A stretch of DNA of 64,000 bases from Lingula anatina (Eukaryota > Animalia > Brachiopoda): NCBI GenBank assembly GCA_051362555.1, contig CM120649.1, forward strand, positions 11,966,001 to 12,030,000, written 5' to 3'. Within the stretch, counting starts at the first letter, position 1. Every line of letters starts with the position of its first letter. The notes under the pieces were generated by a model. It was not told where the DNA came from and made no database searches. It was given only the letters and a program-made list of their open reading frames with translations. Shown in pieces: positions 1 through 12,763 of the stretch. Position numbers and translations under genes: made by a program.

Positions 1-63
1 AGTTAACAAATCATCTGCACCAATCATAAAATGGCTTTCAGCTCTCAGAACAGAGCCGGCCAA

Positions 64-1090
64 TCAGACCTGGAGTTGATGGGAGGGGCTCCCATAATAC
101 ACCCCTCGCGAGTACCCGGGTCTTACCATCACATCAAACCTGCGCCCAAAGCAGCAAATATAACTGGTGCCGATGATAGAGAATATGGCCGCCATCAGAC
201 CAACTACAAGATTAACCCCCTCCATAACAAGGTTCTGGTTGAAGTTGGGGAAGCATTGGTCTTCTTTCCACCCCTGGCATACCCCCAGGCTCCAACCTGT
301 GAAGGCTATGTTGAAGGCACACATTGTGATTCCTAAGTTGCTCAGGCCAAAATGGGCCAGTACCTGGAAAAAATTGAATTATTGGTTCAGTGATCGATAC
401 TGAACTGAATTCTGATCGTTTTGGTCCATCCGCTCTGTTGGTGATATTTCTAAGATATTAGTGTGAGTGAAAAATTAAAGAAATGAAAAAAATCAAAGAA
501 TTCTGTTATGGAAACATGTGCTTCGTGACTGAGTCGGGCATCAAATTTTGGAGAAAAATGCTTTAATTGAGACCAAAACTGCAAATTATACTCACTTTCT
601 TTATTTCCATGCTTAACATACAAAGGCACATACTGTATCTTTATTGCAAAACTACAATTGGTAAACAGACCTTTTTTGCTTAGAAAAATACTGAGTACTT
701 ACCAGAGATCTTAGTTTCCTGTTGTGGACACTTTTATAGGTATTATATTGTGTGGCAAAGCCGCATGCACCAGCTGCTGCCACCTATAATGAAAAAGTTA
801 AAGTGAAAGTGAAAGCCTATGAACATATAATCTTAACATATTCTGCCTACTTCTGCCAACATTTTTAACTGTCATATAAAAGTTATGACAAACTGAAAGT
901 AAACAGCAGTGTTCTTAAATTATCCATCATAAGACCTGTTGGATCCTAGATTGTAAATAGAGAAGCTATCTTATTAAGAGAAAAATAGCGATGGTGGGGG
1001 ATTTCCCTTGCCTCCCCCCCCCCTCATTCGTTTTACGCGTATGGCTGAACTTATAACCTCTAATCCCCCATAGGCCCTTCATGCTCCTAT

Positions 1091-1178
<88 letters not shown>

Positions 1179-1287
1179 TAAAGAAATTGAAAATAATAAT
1201 AATAAATGAAAATGGATAATTGAGGCCAGAATAAGGCCAGAAATAAATAAATAGACTTACTTACTGACAAACAAACAAACAAACCAA

Positions 1288-1318
<31 letters not shown>

Positions 1319-2044
1319 ACCAATCTCCACTTACCACAATACCAGACCATATGGGAGATCCAGAGACCAGGGGCCACCCTCCAGTGGGAAGGGCAAAGTT
1401 TAACATGACAATGCCAACGATGACACTGACTGTCCCTGTCCCTATCTGACAGAGGGACAGACGGACAAGGTGCGTGATTGCCCTCTCTATCGCCCTCTGG
1501 CGGCCACCTGGAAATAAATGACAGAGGTCGAGTTTAATTCAAATCCAGATTAAAATCGAGCTACAGAGGCATAAAATGTTATTTTACAAACTTCCAAGCA
1601 TTTTATCAATTAATTTTTACAAATATTTTATTTATTTCATTTCATATTTGGCATCGTTTTTAACCTTTACGCTTTCTAAAATACCTCCCCACTCATCAGA
1701 AGTTTCAAAAATGTTCCTTTTGTTTGTTTGAACTTCATCTAGGCCTATTAATTCATCTCTCTATTAAATCAATTATTCAAATGAGGCTTTTGTTTTATCA
1801 ATTAAACTTATAACAAATGATAAAGTAGATGGAGATCTACACAAACTACAAAAAAGTCGACGTGTATCTAAACAAATGTACAAGCAGAGCTAAATCCTTT
1901 GGAGATAAAATTCCTTTAAGTAGAGTATGCCGTGGGTCACGTGCTCACCTGTATCCTGCAGTGAGGGGGCGCCACAGTGGTGGCAGAAGTTGGAGCTGGT
2001 CCCCAGCAGCTCTGTGCCACAGCGGATGCAAAACACAACCTTCT
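64..2044 (-). CDS. CD20/MS4A-like (TMEM196-like) four-TM protein with N-terminal zinc ribbon, paralogue A (start exon uncertain)
   Basis: Phase-consistent GT-AG exons: 1949-2044 (KVVFCIRCGTELLGTSSNFCHHCGAPSLQDT), 1335-1507 (..LSLCQIGTGTVSVIVGIVML..SPIWSGIV), 703-783 (VAAAGACGFATQYNTYKSVHNRKLRSL), 64-363 (VLAHFGLSNLG..FNIAFTGWSL..VMEGVNLVVGLMAAIFSIIG..stop). Four hydrophobic segments and the PIWSG motif typical of MS4A/TMEM196. Candidate phase-1 ATG exon at 4042-4090 (MFHKFNCSLTEGERSQ|gtaaag). Confidence 0.8.
1095..1175. repeat. (TA)n microsatellite
   Basis: About 40 uninterrupted TA units in an intron of paralogue A. Confidence 0.95.
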
Positions 2045-2108
2045 CTGAAAGAGATATGGAAAAAAAGCTTTTGATATATTGCACCTCGATTTACATACAT
2101 GACAAGGG

Positions 2109-2367
2109 CAGGGGCGGATCCAGGATTATTTGAAAGGGGGGGGGTCCAGTTTTTTCAAAAATGACAGTCCTCGGATGCTAAGCCGGCCCTTTCCCCCTTG
2201 GTGTGGGGTTCGAAGAGCAGTGGTGCCATTTGGTGCAGTTTATAACTGATTCTTCTCTTCAAAATTCTAATAATGTATCAAGAGGGGAATATTGGTATGT
2301 TTTTTTTTTCAGAATTCAAAAGGGGGTCAGAACCCCCCTAACCCCCCCTTTCCTTAATCCGCCATTG
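2109..2367. mobile_element. MITE, CAGGGGCGGATCC/CAGTGGCGGAT family (hAT-like, 5-bp TSD)
   Basis: Ends caggggcggatcc..aatccgccattg; flanks aaggg/atggg. Related copies at 16165, 32420 and 40511. Confidence 0.7.
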
Positions 2368-2379
2368 ATGGGGAAAACC

Positions 2380-2507
2380 TACCCTCTACCAGGGCGACAG
2401 ATTGATTTTTCACAGATATGTCTCTAGATAAATAGACAGTCATTTTGGTCTAATGTCGCATCAGCAAAAAATGTCCACAAAAATAACTGCGGCCCTGGTA
2501 GAGGGTA
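2380..2507. mobile_element. MITE with TACCCTCTACCAGGG TIR (TA flanks)
   Basis: taccctctaccagggc..gccctggtagagggta; second copy at 26760-26889. Confidence 0.75.
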
Positions 2508-2850
2508 ACGAAAATCCTGGTTTGTGATATCTGGATTTTTATCTGTATTTGTCCACGACAAGATACGTAATAAATGAACAATATCCCTTTTTCTAAAAAT
2601 TGCCTTGATAACCACAATTTCTTGCATTTCAAGCAAAACTCCGCCAACCAAGACCCTCTCTCGATCACCGCTGGAAAAGCGCGTGATTAAGGGGGCTTAA
2701 TTCTTAATCCCTTTGTCTCTCTAACAGGGCTGTTTCTCAGCTTACCAAGAATTTAGATACAATTCCTCGAGCTGAGCCATTAGATGATTGAGGGGAGAGG
2801 AAGGGGCGTGTCCATTTGTGGACGATTGAATTTTGTAAAGTGAAAACTCG

Positions 2851-2995
2851 CAGGCCCGTAGCCAGCAATTTCAAAAGGGGGGTTCTTTTTCTGAAAAAGT
2901 GGACCTTTTCCCATGAAAACTTCATGTACCTAGATCAAGTTTTATCCAGAGTAGACCTTTTTCCAGCAAAAGGGGCGGTTCTTACGTACCCCCCG

Positions 2996-3036
<41 letters not shown>

Positions 3037-3047
3037 CTACGGGCCTG
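2851..3047. mobile_element. MITE, CAGGCCCGTAGCC family (hAT-like, 5-bp TSD)
   Basis: TIR caggcccgtagcc/ggctacgggcctg, exact TSD ACTCG, internal poly-C. Copies at 5598 and 20435. Confidence 0.85.
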
Positions 3048-5597
3048 ACTCGGAATAAAGCTGTGGGCCTAGCTGCAATACAAGCGATCGAACAATGTTA
3101 TCCCGATAATTCGTGAATGGTATATGTAAATCCAACAAAACGCTGGTATTCCAGAGAATAGCATTTTTTGACGCCTCCCTACACCGTCATGTACATGTAG
3201 TGACCAGATCCTACAAGAGAAACGCCTCTGGAGCTACATGCGAGTCTGGGATGTAAGCGCAAGGCGAATCCCATATTTTTTTTTCTCAGTTACCCGAGTC
3301 GTTCGATACCAGTGCCAATTTAAAAAATGTAGACGATCTGCACTAATGTCCAGTAAGCGCTCTGATAGTCTACATATAAAGTGATGACTAACCTTTTGAT
3401 TTGCTTCACAAATTATATTTACTTTTCAGTAACTTTAATCCCTTTGTACATTTTATATTTCTCCCACTTTCATTATGTTGCCACTAAAAAGGGATGATTA
3501 ATGATTAACTGCATACTGTAACTACAGTAATACCTGTAAGTTGAGTGTCTGCCATGACTCCGGGATGGTATTTTTCCGCAAGTATAGCTATAGAGCTGTT
3601 AATTTACAAACAGATGGTCTTTCTTTTTCTTTTCCTCTTGATTGTCGTGAAATCTCAGATGAACGAATATTTCCTCGTCTGTAAGGCAACTACTGGTAAC
3701 TACGTCTTTACCAGTTGCGTACCCTTTTCCTTGCTGAGCATCAAAGTAAAAAGGAAGGAAAACTCGTTTTAAAATATTTTTCATATGAACTCAACTTCTT
3801 AAAGTTATGTCCTTGGGTAAGTCAGCCCTTTCGTAAAAGGTTTCGAACTACAAACTGAAAATACCTACTCTATAGGTAAAATAGACTACAGCGCATACAA
3901 CACTATATACATAAAAGGCCAGATTGCTGACCGAATTACGCAAGCGTGGCTTGACCTACTTAGGGCTGTCGTGCGAGGTGACTTTTCTCTATTGTGCACC
4001 TAACAGTGTTTAATAGCTTTCAGATAATCTTTGAACTTTACCTTGACTCCTCTCTCCTTCAGTTAAAGAACAGTTAAACTTATGGAACATAACTGTTTAA
4101 CATGACCTAGGGTATAATCTCATTCTATTGTCTTTATTTTCATATAATTCCACTAAGGGTATTTTATGCGGTATTTTAGTGCAAAATCATATTTTTTCTA
4201 GAAAAAAAAATTTTTTTCTCCTACTCGCGAATCATCGCTCGTCCCGTCCCTACACTTAAATATGATGCTTTGTGCCACTTTAATTAAATAACTTAATCCT
4301 AAAAATCGTGTCTTCCTGAGATTTAGAAGAAAATTAAATATCGACATAAAGTAGGCCTACTTTTACCTTTGCACTTGAGATGTTTTATGCTTTTAGTGCC
4401 TGAATTGGGAAAGGTAATTTCGCGGGATATTTAGACAAAATATGGCTTTGGGACATTTTGCAGCGCTTCGTTCGGCACGTGAAATACTAGACAATGTCAG
4501 TTCTATTATAATTCAATTATACGCAAAATTATTTGGTTTTGTCTCATTTCACTTTTTTTTTTTTTACAGAAACATTTTACTCTCACTCTTAAACTGATCG
4601 TGTTCTACATATGCAAACGTATTACCAAAAATAACATGAACTCCTTCATTATTTAACCAAGCTCTCTCGTGCTAGCGTACGCATCTTATAACGAACATTC
4701 TTTCAAGGCAAACGGCATCCTGACCTTGTCCTTATATTAAACCAGCGTGACCCCGTTCAAGGATGAATCAACAAAAGATTTGTTTTTCTCTCTACACTCC
4801 GAATTCGAGACTTATTTGTAATATGGAACATAAGTTATTTTAAATATTTTTAAGCATTAAAATTGTTCTGAGCTGGACATCGTACTTTAAAAGAGATAGC
4901 TCGACTAATATTACGATAGACCTTGATTGTAAAGAACTTGCAAAACCAGACACGCCACTTACTGAAGTATTTGGAGTCTCGTTGTAATGTTCAAAAGAGT
5001 CCTTATATTTCCCACTGATTTTTACAGTTAAGTCCCATCCTAGATTTTGACTAACTTACATGTACGTCACGCTGGCCTTAACCTTTATGAATCCAATGGT
5101 GGGCGGACTCTCAGTTTCACCCTGGTTTCACGCACTTTCAGTTCTAAACCACCGCTTTACATGTACAAGAAAGAACCACGTAACACTGGGTAATAACAGC
5201 CAATATTTTCTATACCAGTTAATAAAATTGTTAAAACAATTGAGCAAATGGTTAGCCTACCGCCCTCGCTCATCGCTGGCTGCTGCGGTCTTCTGGGTTG
5301 AAACGCTCTTATTTGACTGAGCGCTGGTGTCCCTGTTGTGGCTGAACTCCCACTGTAGTGGAAACGCGCACTTGTCACAATGCGACCAGTGCGATAGGTC
5401 GGTAGCAACAGGAGTCGGCTATGAACCGTAAAGCAAACTGTTATTCAGAAAAGATAAAGGTGAAGGCTGGGCTTATGTAATAGTTGCATGAGTATGGCCT
5501 TGGCCAGGTGTAGGCCTACATGACATAGGGTCTACACATGCAAGCAAGAAGCTTGGATGTCACGTAGCTGTAAATTGAATGCATACCGGTACGCTGT

Positions 5598-5773
5598 CAG
5601 GCCCGTTGCCAGCAATTTCAAAAGGGGGGTTCTTTTTCTGAAAAAGTGGACCTTTTCCCATAAAAACTCCATGTACCTAGATCAAATTTTACCCAGAGTG
5701 GACCTTTTCCCAGCAAAAGGAGCGCTTCTTTCGAACCCCCCGACCCCCCCCCCCCACCCCAGCTACGGGCCCG
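5598..5773. mobile_element. MITE, CAGGCCCGTAGCC family
   Basis: Near-identical to 2851-3047; flanks gctgt/gctat. Confidence 0.8.
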
Positions 5774-6340
5774 GCTATTTCTGGGACCGCAGTGCAATAT
5801 AAATGGAAGTCCATTTATATGGTTTGTACAGGTTAGTGTTATCCAATCATACATTTACGGTTATTTTCAACGTCTTGGGCATCTTGTAGACGTGGTCTTT
5901 ACCGGTAATTCTGACTTTTATAGCAACTATTTTTTGTTCTACTTTACTTTTGGTATATTTTACAATAAATTAGGTATTGGTTACATCGGTTAAATGACTG
6001 AATATAAGAGTTTATAGAATATGTATTTTTTTCTTTATAAGTTTTTTTTTAGACGCCGCTGCTGTACGTACTCAAGCAGTTTTTTTCCCTACAGGTCCCG
6101 AAGACCCTAAAGTGTAGGCATCTATTGGTTCAAAGTAGACACAGTGACAAATAACTGATAATAATGGAAAAAAATTACTGGCCCGTCCAGGTTCAGTTTA
6201 ACTGGTATTTGGCATGGGGTCAACGTCGCAGAATTCTTTGGGCTAATTTAAAACACAGTTTTATATACTCTTAAACTGAAAGTCTTACGCATTCTTACAA
6301 ACTTTTTGTCAAGGTGTCTGTTGTCGTCTGTGAAGATGGA

Positions 6341-6511
6341 ACCGGTGTAACGAAACTGAAGGTCCGTGTAACAGAAAGTCCGACTTCCATATGGTTATAA
6401 TGGTTAGGGTAAGTGGGTCAAAATCTAGGGCGTGGCTTACCTGTACAAATAAATAAATAAATGGGAAGCGCACTCTCTTTCATTGGGGACTCTCTGTCAC
6501 GTTACACCGGT
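6341..6511. mobile_element. MITE with ACCGGTGTAACG TIR
   Basis: accggtgtaacg..cgttacaccggt; a diverged partial copy lies at about 53625-53742. Confidence 0.65.
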
Positions 6512-7340
6512 CATGTTCATTTACTGAAAATGCTCCAAGGCAGCAACACTTTCAAAATAATATACTGTAAAACAGTAACTGTAATTTTCATTCAGTTAAC
6601 ATATTTTTATTATCAATATAATTAATTGTGGCCTTTGATGAAATCTGTAACACAATTCTACTCACAAAAATACTTGTAAAAATACAATGATTCGATTCAA
6701 CAATTACTACACTGTATTCAACAATTAAACATGCTGTATTGCACAAGTTCAACTCAGTTTACATGAAATTGATCAACAGTCGTATAACTCAAATTATTTT
6801 ATATAAATAAATAACTTAAATTAATAAACTTGGCAGTCAAGTTAAATCCTTGGTCCATAAACAGAAATGCTGCAATTTCACTCTCCTCCGCGCAGCCTCA
6901 AACTCAATGTAGGCGCACTAGGTTCTACAGCCACGACAGAGTTTTCTATTAGATTTACTTTTTATTAATGGTGACAGACCTGTTCAGTCTCCGCCTCATA
7001 ACTTTTCAGTCCACTAGTCACTAGTCTAGTCACTAGTCACTAGTCGGGGTAGTAGACGTCAGACAACTTCTAGTCTCAGGTCTGACTTAAAATTACTAGC
7101 CAGAAAATGAAATCTATAGTCCAGTTTAATGGAAAACAGTTTAAAACAACCACAAAAATTCCACTTGACTTGAATAATCGAAAAAATCTTTCTTCTTGTC
7201 TGATATCAATTCTACAAAAGTGAACGTTGCAAATTAACAGGAGCCCTTCAAACAGCATATATTATCAAGGCTCGAATGACTTTTACCTGTAGTAGTGGTA
7301 ACCAAAACCCGCCGGAATAACCGTCTATAAAACAATCTTA

Positions 7341-7500
7341 GGCCGCATTCAGAACAGTGGACTAACTAGTCCGAATGCCAAATATTGCGGCCCGTCTTCT
7401 CCGATTATAGACACTGAATAGATTCCCCGTGGGGAAGCATTCAAATGGGTCGGCCATATTCGACCCTCGGACTAGTTATTCCACTGCTCTGAATGCGGCC
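7341..7500. mobile_element. PIF/Harbinger-type (Tourist-like) MITE
   Basis: TIR ggccgcattcaga..tctgaatgcggcc with 3-bp TSD TTA; relatives at 16607 and 20150. Confidence 0.8.
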
Positions 7501-8017
7501 TTATATACACCAACATTTAAGCCATTCTCAAACACTGCACTTTAAAGGCTCTTAGCAAAACAGACCCCCTGCATCAATATTTTACATGGTCCCTTGTAAG
7601 GCAATGCACTTGTACACCTCTGCATATTGGAATATAGCCTTTCCCTAAGACTTCAAAGCCAATGGTTAAGAATTGGTGACTGTCCGTTTCTGCCACCCCG
7701 AGATTTAACAGGCATTGAAAATAGCAGAGGTATGCTGATAGAAGAAAGGTAAGTTTTTAGCGTCCTCTGCAAACTCAGGGTGTTTTGCCTTGCATTTCCG
7801 TGAATAAATTCCAGTATTTCAAAAAGATTATCACAGACTGCCATTTAACTAACGACTGGGACAAAATCTCCAGTTGTGAAGTTCAGGAATATTGCGACGG
7901 ATGTCCAAGTACAATTATTCGCATGGATCTTCTCTAACACAATTTCCACTAAACCTGCATATGATTGCGATTATAGAGTTCAGAAATGTATGACAACATG
8001 GGAAATCTCCAGTGCAA

Positions 8018-8866
8018 TCAATAACAATTTCCACTCGTTGATCCGATTCCAAATCGTCTTCGACAGAGACAAGTAGCCATTGTCGTCAAGCCGCTTACCA
8101 AAGTCATTGCGCAACCGACAGCAATGACCGCGACGCTGAGGGCTATCATCACGTTATGGTTCGAAACGCCACCTGACGAGTTGCATATTCGGCCGGCGTC
8201 GCAGGCAGAGAGGACCCAGGCTCCGTAGGCGACGTTAAATCCCCCGAGAAGGACGCTAAATTGACATAGCGTCACATGTGCTATAACCTGAAAATGATTC
8301 AAGATGTTCAAGATAGGTCCCAGCGTTGCAGTTAGTACGTGTGTTAAAATAATTAAAGAACGTTACCGTATATTATATTCAAAATATTGAATTTGATTGA
8401 AAAAAAAATTACAATTAAAAATTAAGATAAAATGGTCAAACTACAGATACATGACCTTCAAATATGTTCCTGGAAGCTCGTTGAAGCAAACCAACTTGTA
8501 CAAGCACCTGTGTTACTTTGTTAAATATCTAAACAACTTTTTTATATAAAAACACAAATGATAAAAATGCCTTTAGGCCTATCCACATGGCTGCATTTAA
8601 ACTTTAACGTAGTTTTATTAAGTAACATGTACCAGTTTGCGAAGTTTCAAGTTGTGAGGACTTCTCTTCTGTGTATAAGTCATCATTCCAACAATACCAG
8701 TGATCAATATCTGAAATTAAAACACGAGACGTATGACTACAGACAAATAGGCTATAATTGATATAAGTGGGGCTATTTAGTTTAATTAGTAGTAAAGGGC
8801 AAAGACAAACACGAACGAATATTTTAATATAAGCCTACAATTTACTAAAACAGCGGCTTTAACTCT

Positions 8867-8898
<32 letters not shown>

Positions 8899-10453
8899 GA
8901 GAGAGACAGAGAGGGAGAGGGGGGGGGGAGAGGGCGGATGAGGGGGGGGGGGGCGGGGCAGCAAAGCGCGCTCCGTTTAGCACTCTCGGGATTGTTCCGC
9001 TCATACATGTGTAATTTCATGCGGGTAGTACAATCTCATATCTGTCAGGGGATGAGGATTGGGATGGTGATGATAGCGGTAAAAAGAAGGGAAGAATTGG
9101 AACTTACTACAGTCCCCGTCCATATCGGGGCGAAGGATGTAAGCGGCCACACTAGATTGTGACGAGAGAGCACCGATATCGCCAGCCCACAGCCTACACT
9201 GACTGTTCCCGTCAATAACTCGACTACCGCTACCCATACCAGGAAACGAAGAGACGAATCCATTTTCGTCCAACCCTCATCTAAAAGTAATGAAGATTTG
9301 GTTAACCACCGTGCAACTTAATAATTGAAAATTCTCGTACACTTGTCATAGTAGAAATGCATCAGATTCTGCTTATTTCGTACGCTTTGAGGTCGGAATT
9401 TTGTTCGAGCACGCTAAGATTTGAGTTAGGGTGTTAGGCAGATTTTTCAGTTAATACAAAAAAAAAAAAAATCCATTCCACAGGATTTGTTTGATAGTAG
9501 GGCCTAAAGCCGATAATTCCACTTATTATGCGTCGAGTTACGCCGTGTCTACTGTAACACCCCATTTCCATAGATTTTTAGATCGATCTATCCCTGTGGG
9601 GAGTCTCACTAGATTACCGTCAGCTTGGCCGGCTTAAGCGTCTGTCCTGCCTACTAAAAGCTGTAAGGGGGTAATTAACTATGGTGCCCGCTCGGCTGAC
9701 TGCAATTTAGCGTGAACCCCCAGGGAGTTAGGTCGATCTAAAACTTAATCTTTAGATCGATCTAAATCTCTGGGAAAGCACCCTAAAATTGCGAATACGA
9801 GACGCAGTTCCCCTGTGGCGAAAATTTAAAGACAGAAATCAATTAAGTGAAATCTTATAAACGTATTTTGACAAAAGCGTAGAAGTACATTGTAGCGCTA
9901 TGAACGAGTACTTAAAGGTTAACACAAGCTAAACTTCCCATTGCATAGGTTTATTGAATTATACATTTCCGCCAAATATTATTCTAACAAAATCAATCAC
10001 AACATGGCATCAGCCCCCCTCCGAAAAAGCACTGTCATAAATAAATATACAAATGAATGAATAAAATAATTGATAACGAAACATTTAATTCAAATGAAAA
10101 ACATAACCCAATTTCCATCTATACTTTGGCTGAAATGATTAAACATGTTAACGAGATATGATTAAAAAATTATTAACAGTGTCCACCCTGAGTTTAAAAG
10201 CTTCTGAAAAAGAACCAACACACGCTGCATCACACAGTAGAGATAAGACAAGTCTTCGTCTTCGCTATGGAAATCGGGGCGCGTGAACCCTGGATATTTT
10301 ACTGACTAGCTCAGCTACATGTATACGAGCTCATTCCAAAGGATTCTAAAAATAACCTCTCACCTGACCTCCTGAACACGTGGGCCCCACACACGTGACA
10401 CGACCGGAATGGCCCATTATTTTGTAGCAGCGTTTTACATTGGACGCATCGGT
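8018..10453 (-). CDS. CD20/MS4A-like (TMEM196-like) four-TM protein with N-terminal zinc ribbon, paralogue B
   Basis: Phase-consistent exons: 10364-10453 (DRCVQCKTLLQNNGPFRSCHVCGAHVFRRS), 9108-9280 (173 nt, same size as in paralogue A; ..VAVVELLTGTVSVGCGLAI..FAPIWTGTV), 8633-8710 (ILITGIVGMMTYTQKRSPHNLKLRKL), 8018-8287 (VIAHVTLC..FNVAYGAWVL..NHNVMIALSVAVIAVG..RRRF..stop). A candidate first exon ATG TCA ACA G|gtaag at 14642-14651 would give 206 aa. Confidence 0.82.
8865..8915. repeat. (GA)n microsatellite followed by G-tracts
   Basis: gagagaga run followed by poly-G. Confidence 0.9.
9559..9783. mobile_element. Palindromic MITE (tagatcgatcta motif family)
   Basis: Imperfect inverted arms containing tttagatcgatcta; shares motifs with 17137-17389, 48476-48733 and 58402-58656. 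Confidence 0.55.
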
Positions 10454-10696
10454 CTGAAATAAAGAGAAATGCGACAAACATAAGAAATAAAAACTTGATG
10501 AATATCCTCAATCTGATTTATCACGGTACTAAAGATATTAATATTATTTTTTATAATTATTATTATACTTTTGGGTGTGAAAGTAAACATCTATTTTCTT
10601 TTGACATACCGTGTATTCAGATCTTTATAAAAATTGCTACTGTAAATAAGAAGTCAAACATATGTTCATGCCTATTCCACAACTACCTTAATAAAT

Positions 10697-10766
10697 CTTA
10701 TGTGATAAGCCGAAATATTTTATACCGTTAGCTTATGTGATAAGCCGAAATATTTTATACCGTTAG
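10697..10766. repeat. 35-bp perfect tandem duplication
   Basis: cttatgtgataagccgaaatattttataccgttag x2. Confidence 0.9.
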
Positions 10767-11718
10767 CATTTTTGCTCATTTACCTCAATAAATTATTCTA
10801 AATTTAAAAGTAAAACTTTCTTTTCGGATGTGAAGAGATGTTTTAACATTAAAATGTATGACTACATTCGGATGATGAAGATCATATCTTGTTAGAAATT
10901 TGTTTTTGTACCTTTTTATATTATAATCTGTGGAAGAAAATGAGCGACATTTGTTACGCGCGTCCGAAGACATCCTGCGTTACTAGGACATTTGCAGCCA
11001 GATAACTAGATATTGACTTTCTTTAATTTGAAGAGCTTGCCCTTCAGTAAACAAAAGAATGCTGGAGAGCAAGTTCTTCAGTAAACAGAGGAAGTCTAAC
11101 TCTTTCTCTCCCCCCCCCCCCCCCCCCCATCTTTCAACCTTCTTCCCTTCCCACCAAGCTCTAACATTCTGGTCGTCTGGACAGCTTGCGTTATTGAACG
11201 GCGTCTAGGGATTGTAATTATGGACGCCCTTAATTAAATCTACTGAAATCACAGAGTGGTAAATCCCATGCCCTTTTGGGGATCAATATTATAACTACCC
11301 ACGCTATCGAATGCCCGATTCTCAGTGAACTTTGCTTCTAGGAATACCAGGCAATGTATTTATACTCGCCAACGAGAGCAGTTGCGTGCATTATAACAGC
11401 TGTTATTTTTGTTTAAACTGACTTAATGTCTATCTGTGTTTTTTTTTTTTTTTTTTTTTTTTTTTTGGCTGGTTTTGAACATACAATTTATTTCGTCCTT
11501 CGTGAGATGTTTGATTTGTCATGTTGATGGTTAAAACCTCCACCTCTACCTCCCTCGCTCTTTCTGTGTTACCCTATGGTACACAGTGTTTAACAATGTT
11601 CGCTCAGACTTTTAGATAGCCCAAAATTAGTTTTCCCAGAAATTACAACACTTTAAATTTCGCCTTAATCAGCAAGGTATATTCACATCAAAACCTGTTC
11701 CTAGATTGACATGAATCC

Positions 11719-11720
<2 letters not shown>

Positions 11721-11767
<47 letters not shown>

Positions 11768-12435
11768 ACTTTTAGGTGTGTGTATTTGTATTTGAGTCAA
11801 TTCGGAGATATAGACTGGTCTCTGTCATTCGTGGCAGTAAAGATAAGAATATTGGATCGCAATTTTCTCAACGGTTTATATATATATGTGATAAGGGGAA
11901 AATGGTTAAAGTATATTATTGTTATTTTCTTCTTTCTATTTTTATCTGCTTTATTGAGGGCTGACGAGCATAGTATGTTTTACGTCTTAATCAAGCTTTA
12001 AAGGACATGTTTGACGTCAAACGCTAACAAATATCCAATCGACGCGGAGTTCAAATGAGAAGCTGTAAGAAAGAGCAGATTATTCAAAGCTAAATGATCG
12101 CCAGAAATGAAGTGTTTCCAGACCAAGGAGATAGAGGATAGAGAAGCCAGGGATGATGGTGGAGATGTATGGCGTTTTCGAAAACAGATTTTATTAATGT
12201 GGAGTCATGTTCAGGTAGTCATGTGCACCATGAGACCCGTGGCCTATTCTACGAAACATTCATGAACCTTTAGGCTCAATCTTCTTTGACCATATGTCCG
12301 TTTGCAATACACATGGACACCAAACTAATCCATGACAATGACAACCGTTACAAAACGTTTAAAAACTGGACCCAGGCATTCAAATTATTTTTTGTTTCTC
12401 CTTCCATCTTCGCCTTTTGAATTCTCCCCCCCCCC

Positions 12436-12467
<32 letters not shown>

Positions 12468-12714
12468 ACCTCCCAACATTCTCCCTTTTCGTGATCAGTG
12501 CCTCATCTAACCCCCTGGATAAAACACGCAGCGTTGTTTCAGTTATGAACTTGATCATATCCACGCAGGATACTTTAACCATTTTCCCCTAATCACATAT
12601 ATATAAACCGTTGAGAAAATTGCGATCCAATATTCTTATCTTTACTGCCACGAATGACAGAGACCAGTCTATATCTCCGAATTGACTCAAATACAAACAC
12701 ACACACCTAAAAGT

Positions 12715-12762
<48 letters not shown>
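11721..12762. repeat. About 190-bp inverted repeat pair with (TTA)n/(TAA)n outer tails
   Basis: 11721-11913 is the near-perfect reverse complement of 12571-12762; flanks atccat/atccac. Confidence 0.85.

Positions 12763-12763
<1 letters not shown>

Noticed and set aside
31-403. Plus-strand ORFs 31-336 and 167-403
   Set aside because: Antisense shadows of the last exon of tetraspan paralogue A.
2737-3058. Recurrent short ORFs with [14 protein letters not shown] and poly-P/G (also 5557, 20327)
   Set aside because: Translations of a non-coding MITE and its poly-C/G tract.
9001-9273. 90-aa ORF MDENGFVSS..
   Set aside because: Wrong frame; the overlapping frame gives TM1 and matches paralogue A and the splice phases.
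10454-10511. Apparent signal peptide MRIFIKFLFLMFVAFLF
   Set aside because: Most likely a translated polypyrimidine tract before the acceptor at 10453; paralogue A has an acceptor at the same place.
11955-11990. Hammerhead ribozyme core (ctgacga)
   Set aside because: No GAAA after the short stem and no closing helices.
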